NCBI GenBank assembly: GCA_001642005.1
Contig: LWCA01000087.1
Coordinates: forward strand, 1-56,639
Direction of reading: 5' to 3'
Source of the DNA: Intoshia linei
Lineage: Eukaryota; Animalia; Orthonectida
DNA: 56,639 nt
Position numbers and translations under genes: made by a program. Shown piece after piece: positions 26,299 through 39,958 of this stretch. The notes under the pieces were generated by a model. The model worked only from the letters and a program-made list of their open reading frames with translations, was not told the DNA's origin and searched no databases. Positions within the stretch are counted from its first letter, which is position 1. The number at the start of each line of letters is the position of its first letter.

Positions 26299-29200
26299 AT
26301 GGATTTTAAAGTCAATGTGTCTATTCGAGTTCGTCCGTTAAATTCTTCAGAAATTGCAAAGAATTGTAATGTTTCCATCCGTATAAATGATAATATTATT
26401 GGTTTGTACTTGACATCTAAACTCTATTTTATCTAGACATATTATATTTTACTAATATATCATAATTTATGGTAAAATAGATTTAATTATATTCTAATCA
26501 CATGTACTGTATACACTATTGGTGTTCCAAAATTTTATAAATTAGGTCCAAATACTGATAAAGTTGCGTGTGATAGTTTTATGAAATTTTTGAAATGAAC
26601 AAGCTCTTCCACTAAAAATTTTCAAAAATTTTTCTTCTTTTCACAATTATCATAAAACTATTACACGCAGCTTTATCAGTATTTGGACCATGAAAATTCC
26701 AAAAAATGTATAAAAAATCACACCCCTAGTATATACTCATGTTTATTAACAAATTATTTACTCGTTAAATTTAGAAATGATAAAGTTAAAAAATAACGAG
26801 GAAAAATGCTATACGTTTAAATTTGATCATTGTCATTATCCTGATAATTGGGTAACATGTATCCATTTTTGTTTAACGATTCGTTTCATATATCTTATAT
26901 TTAAAATTTCTATTAAATTTATAATTTTAATCTATATGATTATATATGGTTAATAACCGTTGGTTACCGTTTCTCTATTTGGTCAAATTCTCTAATTTGA
27001 CAGAATCATTTCAAATCCCTAGTTGGGACTCCCAACCCAATATTGGAGAACTAGAAATAGAATACTACATGATGAAATTAATCATACATTACATTTTAGT
27101 GAAAATTGTTGATACATTGTATATTTTATAGACTAACCCTATTCAAAACAACCAGGAAATTATTTATCGTAATATAGGCAAAAAAATGATTAATTATGTT
27201 TTTGATGGATACAATGTGTGTATTTTTGCATACGGACAAACAGCTTCAGGAAAAACATATACGATGATGGGTGAACCTCCACAGGAAGGAATTATACCGA
27301 GAGTATACTATTAAATAAATTTATCCAAAAATGATGTATTTTGTTCAGATGTGCATAAATATGTAAATAGTTTAAAAGTTATTTTGATCAAATGTTTAAA
27401 TGCCATTTTTTAACTTTAACATCTGCTTTTAAATTCTTTTTAAATTTGATTTAAAAAATTACTTGACCAGATATTTAATTATTTCAATTTACAATTGTTA
27501 ATACCTAAATTTGCATACAAATAGGTCATCTAGCAGTTACTCACATATGTAATATAAATAAATAAATATTTTTAATTTTTTATTAACCATTCTGTGATAT
27601 AACGCCGTAAATCATTTTTAATCTCGAACAACTCTGTAAATCCGAATTTGGTCTTTATTATTTTCAATTATTATAAATACTTTAGTTTTGTAAAGAATTA
27701 ATACATACATTACAGTCAGATAATAATGATGCATGGACTATTCAGGTAAATTTAAATGCTAGGAAATATATAAAGTAGTTTGCACATAAAACACACACGT
27801 TTCTGAAAGGTTATCCGCATATTTATAGTGAATCTCATTTTCGATACATGAACAGCCACATAGAGTAAATTATTAAAAGTTTTTTATTTCGAAATATATT
27901 TATTTAAATTTAATTTTTTCCAAATTATTATGTCCGTTACCCATTTTCAAATTTCATTCATTACAGTTACGTGATATTTTAACATTTTTTAATATTGAAA
28001 AACATTAATTAATTATGATTTAATACAGTCAAATCCGATAATATTGATAAAAATCGATAAATTGTATATATACGATCCTGATAGCTGTTATTATTTTTTT
28101 AAACTTCATCTTCACTAATGTCAAAACGAAATTATTTGAAAAATTACAAAAAAACTCAAATTTTTTGTTTACTATTCACTGTTGAAATATATTTATAATT
28201 TACAAAAAAAAAGTCCCGCATCTTGGCGGCGTTACACATCAGAATTCTCGGCGGGTCATGTTTTAATCACTTTATGTTTATATACTATTAATTTTAGTTT
28301 GTTTATACAATTTTAATAAGGATTTAAACTTTTTTTTAGATAAGTTACTTTGAAATATACTGTGAACAAGTGCATGATTTGATAAAAACGAAAAACAAAA
28401 AAAATTTAAAAGTTAGAGAACATCCAACTTATGGCATTTACGTTGAAAATTTATCAAAAGTTTTTGTCAAAACGAGCAAAGATATTTTAGATATTATTAA
28501 TGCTGGACATAAATCGAGGTTATTTTTATACCTTTTTATTAACTATAATTATAAAAAAGATAAACCAAATATTTCATTAAATTTAAGTACACAATGTGAA
28601 TTATACACTTAACTCGATGGAAAAAAAATAACTTTCTTTTAATTGTTGAAGATTCAAATTGTGAATAAAATTTTAAGAATATGAATAAGTGTGTTTTATA
28701 GTGAAACTTAAGCTCAAAATAGTATTTATATATATATAAATCATAATAAATATAGCTCAAAAATATATATGTAGTCACTATGAAAAAAATACAACTTTTG
28801 ACAACAAGTGGTAATTATGGGTGTTTGTCACTTTTTAAAGGTTTTCAATGAATAACATTTATTACAATGCATTCAAATTGAATAATAGTCACTAAACTGC
28901 ATACACGTATTACATGTATAATAGTATCAAAAAAATTATACATAATTTAAAACACTTTACAATGTTTTTACCGATATATTCTATTTAATTGATTATTAAG
29001 CCTAGACAATATGTATAAAAAAGTAATATTGTCAATTTATGATCAATGATTAATAATCATATACTATTTCTATTTATTATTACATATACTATTTATACTA
29101 ACGAAATTAACATCGTTTCCACACCAATATTTTTTTAATAAAGTTCATGTTCGTTTTTGAAAAATTGTATTAAAAATTAGTTTAAAATGCAAAAAGTCAA

Positions 29201-32200
29201 GGGTTTTTTTGAGAGTTAGACAATTTCAAGCGCATCATCTTGTTCACAATGTAGCGGCTCGCTATGGTGACAGAAGATACAAAAGTTAAAGTTGAATAAT
29301 TGATACATTTTGTTTTATATTTTTCTGTTATTAAACTTATTACGTTACACACAATAAAAAGTTTCATTTTTCCTCGTTGGCTACTTTTGCATTGTTTAAA
29401 AAAAGTGTTTTAGGACACACCTTAATGATTATATTTGAAAACTAAATTCTAACTGGATAAAATGAAAATTTATTAAAAATTTATATTAATTTGACTAATT
29501 TGATAGAATTTTCATTTAAAGCTGGGATTTACAACAATGTAGTTGTCTATCATCTAAAATAAACTCAATTAACTATAAAATACCAGATTAAATTTATGGA
29601 TGTTCGCTCTTCGTTTGCATGATATTCATGTGTGCGTCTGAGATTTTAGATAATATGCTTCAAACCTTCGATTACTCCCTGGGTAATATGAACATTATAA
29701 AAATTACAAAATTTTTCAATTGGTCACTTTTCAGGGCGCCACTGTAGTTATTGAAAATTTACATCGGTTTTGTTACTTTTAAATTTTTGAATAGTTTGAA
29801 TATTACGAATAAATAAACTCTGTTTAACAGAGTAATTCAAATAAATGTATTTAATTTTAGAGCTGTTGCTTCAACATTAGCCAACGAAGCTAGTAGTCGA
29901 TCTCATGCCATTTTAGCTTTGTTGGTAACTCATATTAAAAAAGACGGTAAAAAGACAGCCATTGAAAAAGTATTCTTATTAATATATTTATTAAACATTT
30001 AATTTTTTTTAAAAACAAACATTTTATCTGATGAAATGTAGAATGTGTTAATATTGCATCCGTTTTACACTTTAATGTAAGGTTGGGTCATCGTATGATC
30101 TATGCTTTACATCTGTTTTAGACATTTTAAACATTTTAGACGAATCTTTAGAAAATGATGCATCTTGTTTTCAAATTTATTTTAAAATTTATTTTTGAAT
30201 ATCATAACTATTTTGTGGGTTCAAATTTAAAACGTTAAATCCAAACCCATGTAAACGTTTTTAGGTTCCTATTTTTGATTTTGTGGTTTGGAGCATGGTT
30301 GGTTCAGCTCTGTCCTATTCGAACCCAATTTAAGTCGCCACATTTTTGTATTTATTGTTAGAAATTAAAGCTGGCTCAATATATAATCACATGAGGCTGG
30401 AAACATTTGATTATAAAAAAAATTATATAAAAACCTATATGGTAAAATTTAAAATGCACTCAAATTTTTCAAAAGCACCCGCGGCTGCACTCAACCCATG
30501 TTGAGAACCACTGATTTACACCTCCATTAATTAATTTCCTAATTTGAAATTTATTATTATTTTTTAGACGAGTAAAATTAGTTTAGTGGATTTAGCTGGA
30601 AGTGAGAATGTCCGCAATACGGGTGCTTTTGGTACACGATTAAAAGAAGGATCTCACATCAACAAATCACTTAGTACACTAGGAATTGTAATATCTACTT
30701 TATCTACGGTGAATAATCTTTTAAATTGTTGGTCGTTAATTATATATCAATAATATAATAAATACAAGTCTAGACTCTAGAATAGGGGTGTACAACCTGC
30801 GGCCATGATAGGGTTTATGTGCGGCCGTGGATATGTCATCATAATGCAATATATCAATTTACTTTGAATTGAACAGTTTAAATCAGATTTTATTTAAGGG
30901 AAATTTAAAATATTTTTATCAAAAAGTTACATTTTTGACTTTATTACTTTCTCAATTTCAAAGTGAATTTATCAAGTATCAAGTAAAGTATCAATAAGTA
31001 AAGTAGCTTTGTGGCTGAATTGGTGGAAAGGTTGTGCACCCTTACTCTAGAGATTAGAGTTTATACCATGGTTTTTCAACCGGGGGATCGCGGTCGAAAA
31101 AATTTTCAGAGGACACGAGAAGTTGAAATTATTTAAATAATTAAAAAACTTTTTTTTTTAAATTTTTATCATTTGGATGAGAATTTATTAAATGTATGTG
31201 AATTTATTATGTCAGTTTTGGTAGATTACAGTATTTATAGCTTTTTCTATTTTTTATGTACATAACCATTATAAAATCTGATAATGTAAATATACAACGA
31301 TTTTATAGAATAAATATATAAATAAAAAAATATGGATATAGAGAAAAAACTAATAACAGTAGATTAGCGAAATAAACATATTATATATGGATCCTATATA
31401 TTCTGGCCTTAATTTGATCTCTTATACCAAAGTGAAAGTGTATTTAAATTGTTCCATCATATTGTTGATTTTGAAATGAATTGATGACATGGATGCATCC
31501 AGAGCCAGACTACTATACTCGACCCCGCCCAAAATGAAAACAGGCCCTAATAATTTTTTTGAAAATGATGCGTTATATATGCTCCATGGGTCATACTTGA
31601 CAGTTGATAGTATCAACTTGATACACTGTATAGTTATAATATGCAAAAATTTAATTTTTGAAATGTTCATTTTGGAATTCAGAATGAGACTCCATTTTAC
31701 AAAAATATTTGGTTGATCCTATCGAACAGGGATTTTAAAGTGATACGACCGCGGGTCGTAGTTTTCCGGTGTGTCCTCTAAAATAAAAACGAATCTTAAC
31801 CATCATTTTAGATTAAACAAAAATCAAATAATCAGTACATACCTTATAGAGATTCAATTCTAACGTGGTTATTAAAAGATAATTTAGGTAAATTAGCAAC
31901 ACAGTATTATTTTATAATTTGATATACATTTTTTATATCTATGTATTTTAGGTGGAAATTGTAGAACGTCAATGATTGGAACAATTAGCCCTGCTTGCAT
32001 AAATTTTGAAGAAACTTTATCTACTTTAAGGTTACGTTAAAAATTTTAATCCAACATCTTTTAATAAACTAATAATATTGTACTAGTATTTATTTCCTAA
32101 AGGATGATAAAATATTAAATTATAAATAGATATACAAATACCGCGAAAAATATAATTTGCAAAGCATACGTGAATAAAGGTGGCAATAAAAACATAATTA

Positions 32201-35200
32201 ATGAATTAAAAAAAGAAATAAACACTCTAAAAGAAAAGTTGGGTAAAAAATCATTGGAATTGGGTAAATTTTAATATTTTTGAAAATTTTCAATTAATAA
32301 CGTAGAAATGAGTAAAATGGAGGAACAAAACTATTTATCAAGACTACTTGAAAATGAATACATTATTCAACAGCTCAAAGAACCTCAATATCATATTGAA
32401 CAATTACACGACACATTAAACGAGAGAAAAGCTTTTATTGAAAATGAAATGTAAATTAATTTAATTTACATGTTAATAAAAGAAATTTTTAATAAAACTT
32501 TTTAGAATTGAAAATGTAAAAATAAACCAAGAATCCATTAACTCAGTAATTTGAATGAATTCATAATGTTTTATAATTTTTATTTATTTTAGTTGAAAAA
32601 AAATTCCAACGTTGATATTACCGATGCTTTTTTAATTAAAACAATTAAAAAATGGAAAAATTATAAATACAACTCATTTAAAGTAATTAAAAGTTCATTG
32701 TACATCCAATCAAGATTTTTTTAATATTTTTATTTAGGATGAAATTAAAACAATTTTAAAAGATATATTCCAAATAAATAATTTTAGTAGAATCTATAAC
32801 CAAAATGTAAATTTAATAATAAATAACTTTAATTTTAATCAAATTTTAAATTATATTTGTAGGTTTTATTTAAACTTTATGCTGTAAATAAATCAATATA
32901 CTCAAAAATCTACTGTAGAGATTTACAATCTATAAAGTACTTTAACGATTATGGTTTGATAATAACTGTCACAAACCAAAATATTAATAGCGTTAGTTAT
33001 TGGAGTATATCTAAACTAAAGTATATACATAATATCAAATTTACTAAAGTTAATATAAAAATAGGGAAAGGTTAAGATACATTGAAAATGTAATTCAATC
33101 AAATGATCAAGTTGAGGATCCCGATACATCAGAATTTATTGACAATAATATTTTTAAAATAAGAAAAAAGATTTGTAATTTATTTCAAATTAATTTAAAC
33201 ACCTTTAAACCACCTCAATCCAACCAAACTAATTTATCGAATATTTCACAAGATTGTCAAATTAACAAAAATCACAACCAACCAAAAAAAAATGAAAAAT
33301 TCAAAGATATTTGTCATCAAGCTATTAGAACTGAAAAAAAGAAATTTAGCAGGTTTCAATATGTTGGAAGGTAACAGTTCATGTATATAAACTGTATAAA
33401 ATAGACTTTTAGAAGTCTTTTGCTTTGCAACAAATTTGTTGAAATAAATAATCAAAAATACAGCGTTATTGATTTGAATGGACAACTTTTAGGAAATATA
33501 ACAATCAATTTAAGTAATATTTATATTTCTTTAATGCCTTAATAATTATTTTTAGAGAAAATTAAAAATGATGAAAATACTTTAGAAATCATTAATATGT
33601 CAATTTTTAATACTATTTATCAAGATTTTTATTTTAAAATTAGGTAATTTTAAAAAATACTCTAAAAAATGAAATATTGTACATATTAAAAATTTATAAT
33701 TATTAAATTAATAAAACAAATAATTTTTAATGGTAATAATAGTTTACAATTTAGAGTTAATAATCAACAAAATATTACTACAGCAAAAAAAATAGCAAAC
33801 TGCTTATTAAATATCAACATTTCTTATAAAACTTTAGTAAATATTTTTTGCTTTTTTATATTTTAATATTTGTTAAATTAGGTTATCTTTAAAGAAAATG
33901 AAATATTAAATAATATAATAATTGATGTTTATTCAAATATAGCACCAAGTTGTGCAGTATTGTAAAATAATTATGTATTTTAATTTATTTATAATTATTC
34001 TAGTAGAACCTCAGATGTTATTGATCAATACACTCTTAATTTGTCCCTACAAATTAGTCAAATAAATACATCCGAACAGTATATTTTATTATCTTACCTT
34101 TAAAATATTAATATAGATACGAACCAGTACATATAATGGAAATACAAGAAAATGAACCCATTTTCATTTTAAAACAAGGATTGCAAGGGATTTTATCGTT
34201 GTTCATATCTCAACAGAATGGAAAACTTGCCATTATCAATAACATATCATCAGTTTTTATTGGAAGAAAAATTTACGATAAAAACAACAAATACACACTA
34301 GGACTTGATGAAATGGATAAAACTAAATTAATTCAATTGCATCCGCGATACAATAAAAATAAATTGGTCAATTCGAGGTTATTGTTTAAAAATTAAAATA
34401 CAGTTTAAAGTAGGGGTCTTAAACTTTTTGTCTCAATTTTTTGGTTCATACATTATTTTTTAAAAAAATACATGCATGCTGAAGACATATTGTTGTAAAA
34501 TATTTAGGAAAAAATGAAATTAAAATAAAAAAGAAATAAGTATATTCCTAAATCCAACCATTTTTACTAAAAATCAACTTTTACCAACCTTTAAGAGAAA
34601 AATTTCAATTTTACCAACCATTATGGGAAAACCCACTTTTGGACAACCTTTTGTTGGATTTAAGTAAAAATGGTTGGATTTAAGTAGACACCCTATTTAA
34701 AATATAGTTAAATTTTTTTTTTTAATTTTTATTCAAGCAAAATTACCGTCTGCATTCAATATTTAATGAGTTAATTTTTAGTAAAAAAAATATCTTAAAA
34801 CCATTAAATAAATACTGAAAAAATCTACATGAACTGTGTAAAATAATTAATATATTTATTGAATATCCACATATATTTGAGCACTAATTAATTCTTACAG
34901 GTACAGTGTTTCATTATTTGTAACCTCGATTAAAAGTTTATAGAAAAAAATTATCTTAATTTAAAATTATATAGTTGGACAACCATGTATGAAGCCACAT
35001 GGGAAAATGTACACGCTTTATTCATAGATTCAGAAAAATCAGCAAAATTAAATACAATTTTAAATTTAACTATTTATATTGATTTAGAAGTAATTTTTAT
35101 TATTTTGAATTATAATACTAATTTACTAATGTTAATGAAAAAATTCTGCAGTAGAGTCCTGGTACAGATAAGCCCTAGGTCAATACCATGATAAAAATAG

Positions 35201-38200
35201 AAAAAATTGACATTAAAATTTAATAATTTTAAATTTGTTTTTTCTAATCGATTTTGGATACTGGTCATGAATTAATGATCATGATACACGGGTCGTAATC
35301 AATTGATAAAAATTTATTTATGAAAAGTTTGACGAACAATTTCAATGAGTTAAAATTTATCATTTTATCCTTTTTTTATAAAACGTTATACATACCGTGG
35401 ATTCTAACAATATAATTATTAAGAATTTAAAATAAAATGACCAATTTAATAATTCTATTTATGTTTATGTTTAAGTACATGTTATGTTTATATACATTTA
35501 TGTTTTAATTTTTAAAACATAAAAATTATATATATACAATGTAATTATAGTGCAATAATGTATATGTTAAATAATACTTTTTATGAAAATAATGTGGTTT
35601 ATGATTATGATTAAATTTTTTATTTAGATAAAAAATTGTGTATCCATGACTTGTTTATCAGCCGATGTTAACATATATGTACAAAATCGATTTAAAAAAA
35701 GCCTGTAATTATAAATGTGAACCAGGGATGGCAAAATAGTGAATGCTCTAATTCAAAAAAATTTTTATAGTATTGACCTTTTTTAATAACATAATTATCA
35801 ATAAATCACTTAATTCACATCTGATACATCTTCGCGACCCACAAATGAACTTAATTCAAAATTAATTTAATTATAAAGAAAAATTATTGTATATTCAACA
35901 AACATGTGTTTTGCCATCCATTTATTTTTATTGGAGCCATCGATGGGCAGAACTAAGTTTGTGTTTGTGTCCAGTCAGGTCTAATAATTAAATAACAAAT
36001 TTAGGCGGCACGGTTGTTTCAGAATTGTAAAATCTTGACCCGTACGTGGCTGTGTATGTTATATATCAATTAGTGTTGCTCAACCTTTTTTCATTGGGGG
36101 CAAAGGTGCACATGGAATGCAATTTAAAAATGTTAGCGTATTAACTAGAAATATAATTGAAAAAGTTTATAAAAGTGTATTATTTTTTTTGATATTCATT
36201 TTAATTTTAATTAATTAATTATTTTTTATAATTTTTCACAAAACTCGAAAACTTTTGAAAAAATAGGGACAAATTCCAATTTTTATCGTTGGGTTTGTGG
36301 GTTGAAGTTAAATTTACTTTCATTTAAGTAATAATTTTTTTAATAAAATTGGTTTTGGAAATACAGAGATGACTACATTTTAATGGGGACTAGGGTGAAC
36401 AGTATCAATTATCATAGCTAAATTGAGAATTTTTTAGCAATATAAAGCATTTTGACTTGTAATCACTGGCTATATTTGTTTAAATGGAATGTTTAAATTG
36501 TATAATTTATGTGAATTTCAATTTAATTTGAATAGGCATAAAATTGAATACACTAGGTCGAAAAATGTTTATGAAGCTGCTCCTATTTATAATGCAACAA
36601 GTGTAGCAGAATTAAAATATAGCATTTATGGCAATCATAGCAGTCATCTCTAGTTAGTTATAAGTCAATCGTATAGGTCAGTGTTTCTCAACCTTTTTTA
36701 CTGCGCGGAACCCTTATGAAATTTCAAAAAATCGCGGCACTTAAAAGCATGATTTTTTCTTTTTCGCATGTCGCATATATAAAACAATTTGATTTTTAAT
36801 TAAAAAATTACGCTTCTAATATTGAAAAAAATTTTTTAATAAAGAAATTTATTTTTCCTTCTCAATGAGAAATTTAAGCCTGATATTTTTTACCGAGGTT
36901 TTTAATTTTTGGACGTTTTTTTGAGAGACATACACGAAGTTCTTCTTCTACCGACAGCAGCTTTTCCCGTTTCTTATACTTAATTGCTGTCAATGCAAGT
37001 AAGATTATAATTTGGATCTTTCCTAGTTGATACCTAATGATAAGAACCACTAATATAACATTAATCCATTTTATGACTTGTTTTGATCAAAATAAGTACT
37101 GAATATATTAAAATGCAGAATTAAATTATAGGAAATCAGACAAACTGGCTTAGAATAAATATTTTTAAATTCAAAAAAAAATAATTTAAAATAAACACAA
37201 AAAGTATTTTAATTAAGTTGACCGATCGTATTTATCTTAATTAAAAAAGCATATCAAAATATGATTTTTAGTTTTATTAATTTAGAAACTTTTCAATTTA
37301 TATTTTTTAAATTTATTTATTTTGAAAAACTTTTAATTAAAAAATATAGCATTTATATTTCACGGAACCCCAATTAAATTTTGCGGAACACGGGTTGAGA
37401 ACTACTGGTCTAGGTTAATGGCATATCGAGATGGATACTAGCAACTTGCTTTTTTCTAGCAAGCACATTTAGTTGATTACTGGCTGCAAGGTCGTAAAAA
37501 GCTAACATGTTAGTTAGTTAAAAATATTTTTCACTATTTTTTAATGCAATGAGATAATATAATTAATTTTTATTACCCTAATAAATAGTACAACTTTTAT
37601 TTGTTCTGATCATAATTTATTTAATTTTATTGCACCAATAAACAAATTTGCTATACTCATGTACTGGTTTGTCTTGTTATAGTCAATTTAATTGTCAATT
37701 TTTGGTGGCTCTAATGGGGACCCAACCAGAGCCGTTTTAAGGCATAAGCAATATGGGCTGTAGCCCAGGGCCCCAAATTAATAAAAGTACTTACATTTAT
37801 ATCTTAAAAAGAGGCCCCAATTTATTAAAAAATACTTTACATTTATACCTTAAGAATCAGTTTATAAATTTTGAAGTTTATTGAAGATTGAACTTTTTCT
37901 AAACTAAAATAAATTAAGAATGAACTTCGAAATTGCTTAGCTCAACTTCGTTTGAATGCACTCTCCTTAATGTCAATTGAGAATGATATCAGTTTTGATA
38001 ATATCATATTTGATTTCTCTCAGAAAAAAGTGAGAAAACAACATTTGTGAAGAATTATCAATAATTTCTTGTGACTGCATAGTGCATATTTTCAAATGAA
38101 AAAATTTTTTTCATTAATTAATGTAAGTAGGTTTTTGTAAAATAAATAAAAGTTACAAGAAACCAACATAATATCTTTTAATGCTTTTATTAATACTCCA

Positions 38201-39954
38201 TTAAATAAAACTCTAAGTCTCCAACCAACAGTACGCTCTGTCTTCTAAACAGGGGACTTAATTTTTTTTTATCGCTTCGCTCGAAATTGTAAAGGCCCCG
38301 GCCCTTTGCTTAGCCCAGGGCCCCGAAGTGGCTTAAGATAGCTCTAAACCCAACTACGAAAACGCTTTGAATTTTGTAAATAAATATTCAATTCAATTGA
38401 ATATTATTTGTTGTGCGCACTAGAGCACCGGTAAATCGGTTGAGAAACCGATATAAATAGTATATATTATCTAATATTTCATTACTTTAGATCATTTCAA
38501 TCCTTACTATTTTCAACTATTTTTAATTTCACCCATGATGACAGATATAACCATAAATGTACTACTATTTTATTTGAAATTATTGTATCAAAATATGATC
38601 CAAGATTTAAAAAGGCTTTAAACGAAAATAGAAAATTACCTTACAAGATTGAATTTAACCCTGACTCTCAGGTATAAATAATGTCTATAATTTTAATAAA
38701 AACATTTATGTAGATTGTAGATGATTTGCTTTGTGCCAAAATTATAACCAACATGAGATTTATTTATGAAAAAATGAAATATTATCAAGAGGTGATTAAT
38801 GTGAAAAGAATACATATATGATTATCATTGATTACCCTTGATTGGTAGACTTCAATGAATCCTGGATTAAAACATGTGTGATTTATTTTAATTTTGTTTA
38901 AAAAAAAAAAACAATTTTTTAAATTCCACGAAATCGAACTATACCAATCGAGTAATAGTAATAAAAATGTACACTTATGTACACTTAATTAGACTATTAA
39001 ATAATTATAGGTGCAACTCACAAATTTAAGATTAAAAACCATGAATATAAAACTTGAAAATGCAGTCAAGTTAAAATTAAACCAAAGTGTTTCATATGAT
39101 AATTTAACTTTATTCAATGATCTGGAATATACATATAAAATTAATGCTTTAAATGTATTTGATAATGAATCACTTACTATTTCTGCGATGGTAATTGTAA
39201 ATGTTATTAAAAATTAGTGAAAATGACATTTAGAACAGTTTAATAAATAATATGAGTTCAAAGTCCAATATCAAAGAAACTCAAGCTACATACATTGACA
39301 CTAAATGTATGATAAGAAGTACATCTCTACCAGTATTTACGAATCAAAGGTTAAACCAAAGCAATGTCTACAATGTATATTATAATTAATTTAGTTTCAA
39401 CAACTTTGAAATGAAAATGAATAGAAATGAAAAGCCTACGAATCAAACATGTTTAGAATCTTATATTGCAGATATTATGTACATTAACGTGCATGAAAAA
39501 GTTACATATAAGGGGTATATTAGTATTATGATGAACGATAGAAGCAAATGGATTACCAAATATGTGGTAACTTTAACTTTCTTTAATTTTAAATGACACA
39601 AAACTAATTTAGAAAATAGATAATCACTACATGCTATTTTTTGATTCATTTGACAAGAAGAATGTAGATTTAATTATAAATTTGAGTGTGTCTACAGTCG
39701 ATTATACTCCACTCAAGGTTTTGTAATTTTAAACAAAATTAAATAACCAAAATAGATAAACATGAAATTCAAAATCAAAACTAGCGGCATGTGCATACAT
39801 TTCAGAGCCAAAAATGAAGAAAACTTAAACTACTGGTTACAAGCCTTGCATCCTCTATTTTCGGGACAATTTCGGTATTTTTAATGGAAATGACATTTTT
39901 ATAAATAAAATGTAATACATTTAATTTAGAAAATATTCCATTAAACAAGTGTAA
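26299..39954 (+). CDS. unc-104: Divergent kinesin-3, KIF1/UNC-104-like, with C-terminal PH domain; many exons
   Basis: Motor motifs: [66 protein letters not shown] and [12 protein letters not shown]1-specific stalk motifs [13 protein letters not shown] and [11 protein letters not shown]. The PH domain runs KGYISI...WITKYV...[14 protein letters not shown] (KIF1A: WLYAFNPLLAGTIR). Confidence 0.85.
26545..26689. repeat. Fold-back inverted repeat (about 50-bp arms) in kinesin intron 1
   Basis: GGTCCAAATACTGATAAAGTTGCGTGTGATAGTTTTATGA pairs with TCATAAAACTATTACACGCAGCTTTATCAGTATTTGGACC. Confidence 0.85.
30783..31044. mobile_element. hAT (Buster-type) MITE in kinesin intron
   Basis: TIR TAGGGGTGTACAACCT...AGGTTGTGCACCCTTA; TSD CTCTAGAA/CTCTAGAG. 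Confidence 0.8.
34549..34682. repeat. Short inverted-repeat element in kinesin intron
   Basis: Perfect 20-bp inverted pair TAAATCCAACCATTTTTACT / AGTAAAAATGGTTGGATTTA, with internal repeats of the CCAACC motif. Confidence 0.7.
36679..37407. mobile_element. hAT (Buster-type) MITE in kinesin intron
   Basis: TIR CAGTGTTTCTCAACC...GGTTGAGAACTACTG; TSD GTATAGGT/GTCTAGGT. Confidence 0.82.
37727..38346 (+). mobile_element. Internally deleted Tip100-like hAT element retaining a transposase C-terminal dimerization fragment
   Basis: Termini CAGAGCCGTTTTAAG...CTTAAGATAGCTCTA, subterminal GCCCAGGGCCCC repeats and TSD GACCCAAC/AACCCAAC. About 37890-38050 reads [31 protein letters not shown]...KKVRK. Confidence 0.85.
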
Positions 39955-39958
39955 AAAT

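Noticed and set aside
31422-31716. Two overlapping 75-82-aa ORFs in a kinesin intron
   Set aside because: No kinesin, FHA or other motif. The flanking motor exons join in frame without them, so they are probably TE interior.
36071-38450. Possible large hAT element formed from termini at about 36071 and about 38450 capturing a kinesin exon
   Set aside because: No matching TSD, and the enclosed exon (about 36536-36650) is colinear with KIF1 sequence. Independent orphan ends are more likely.
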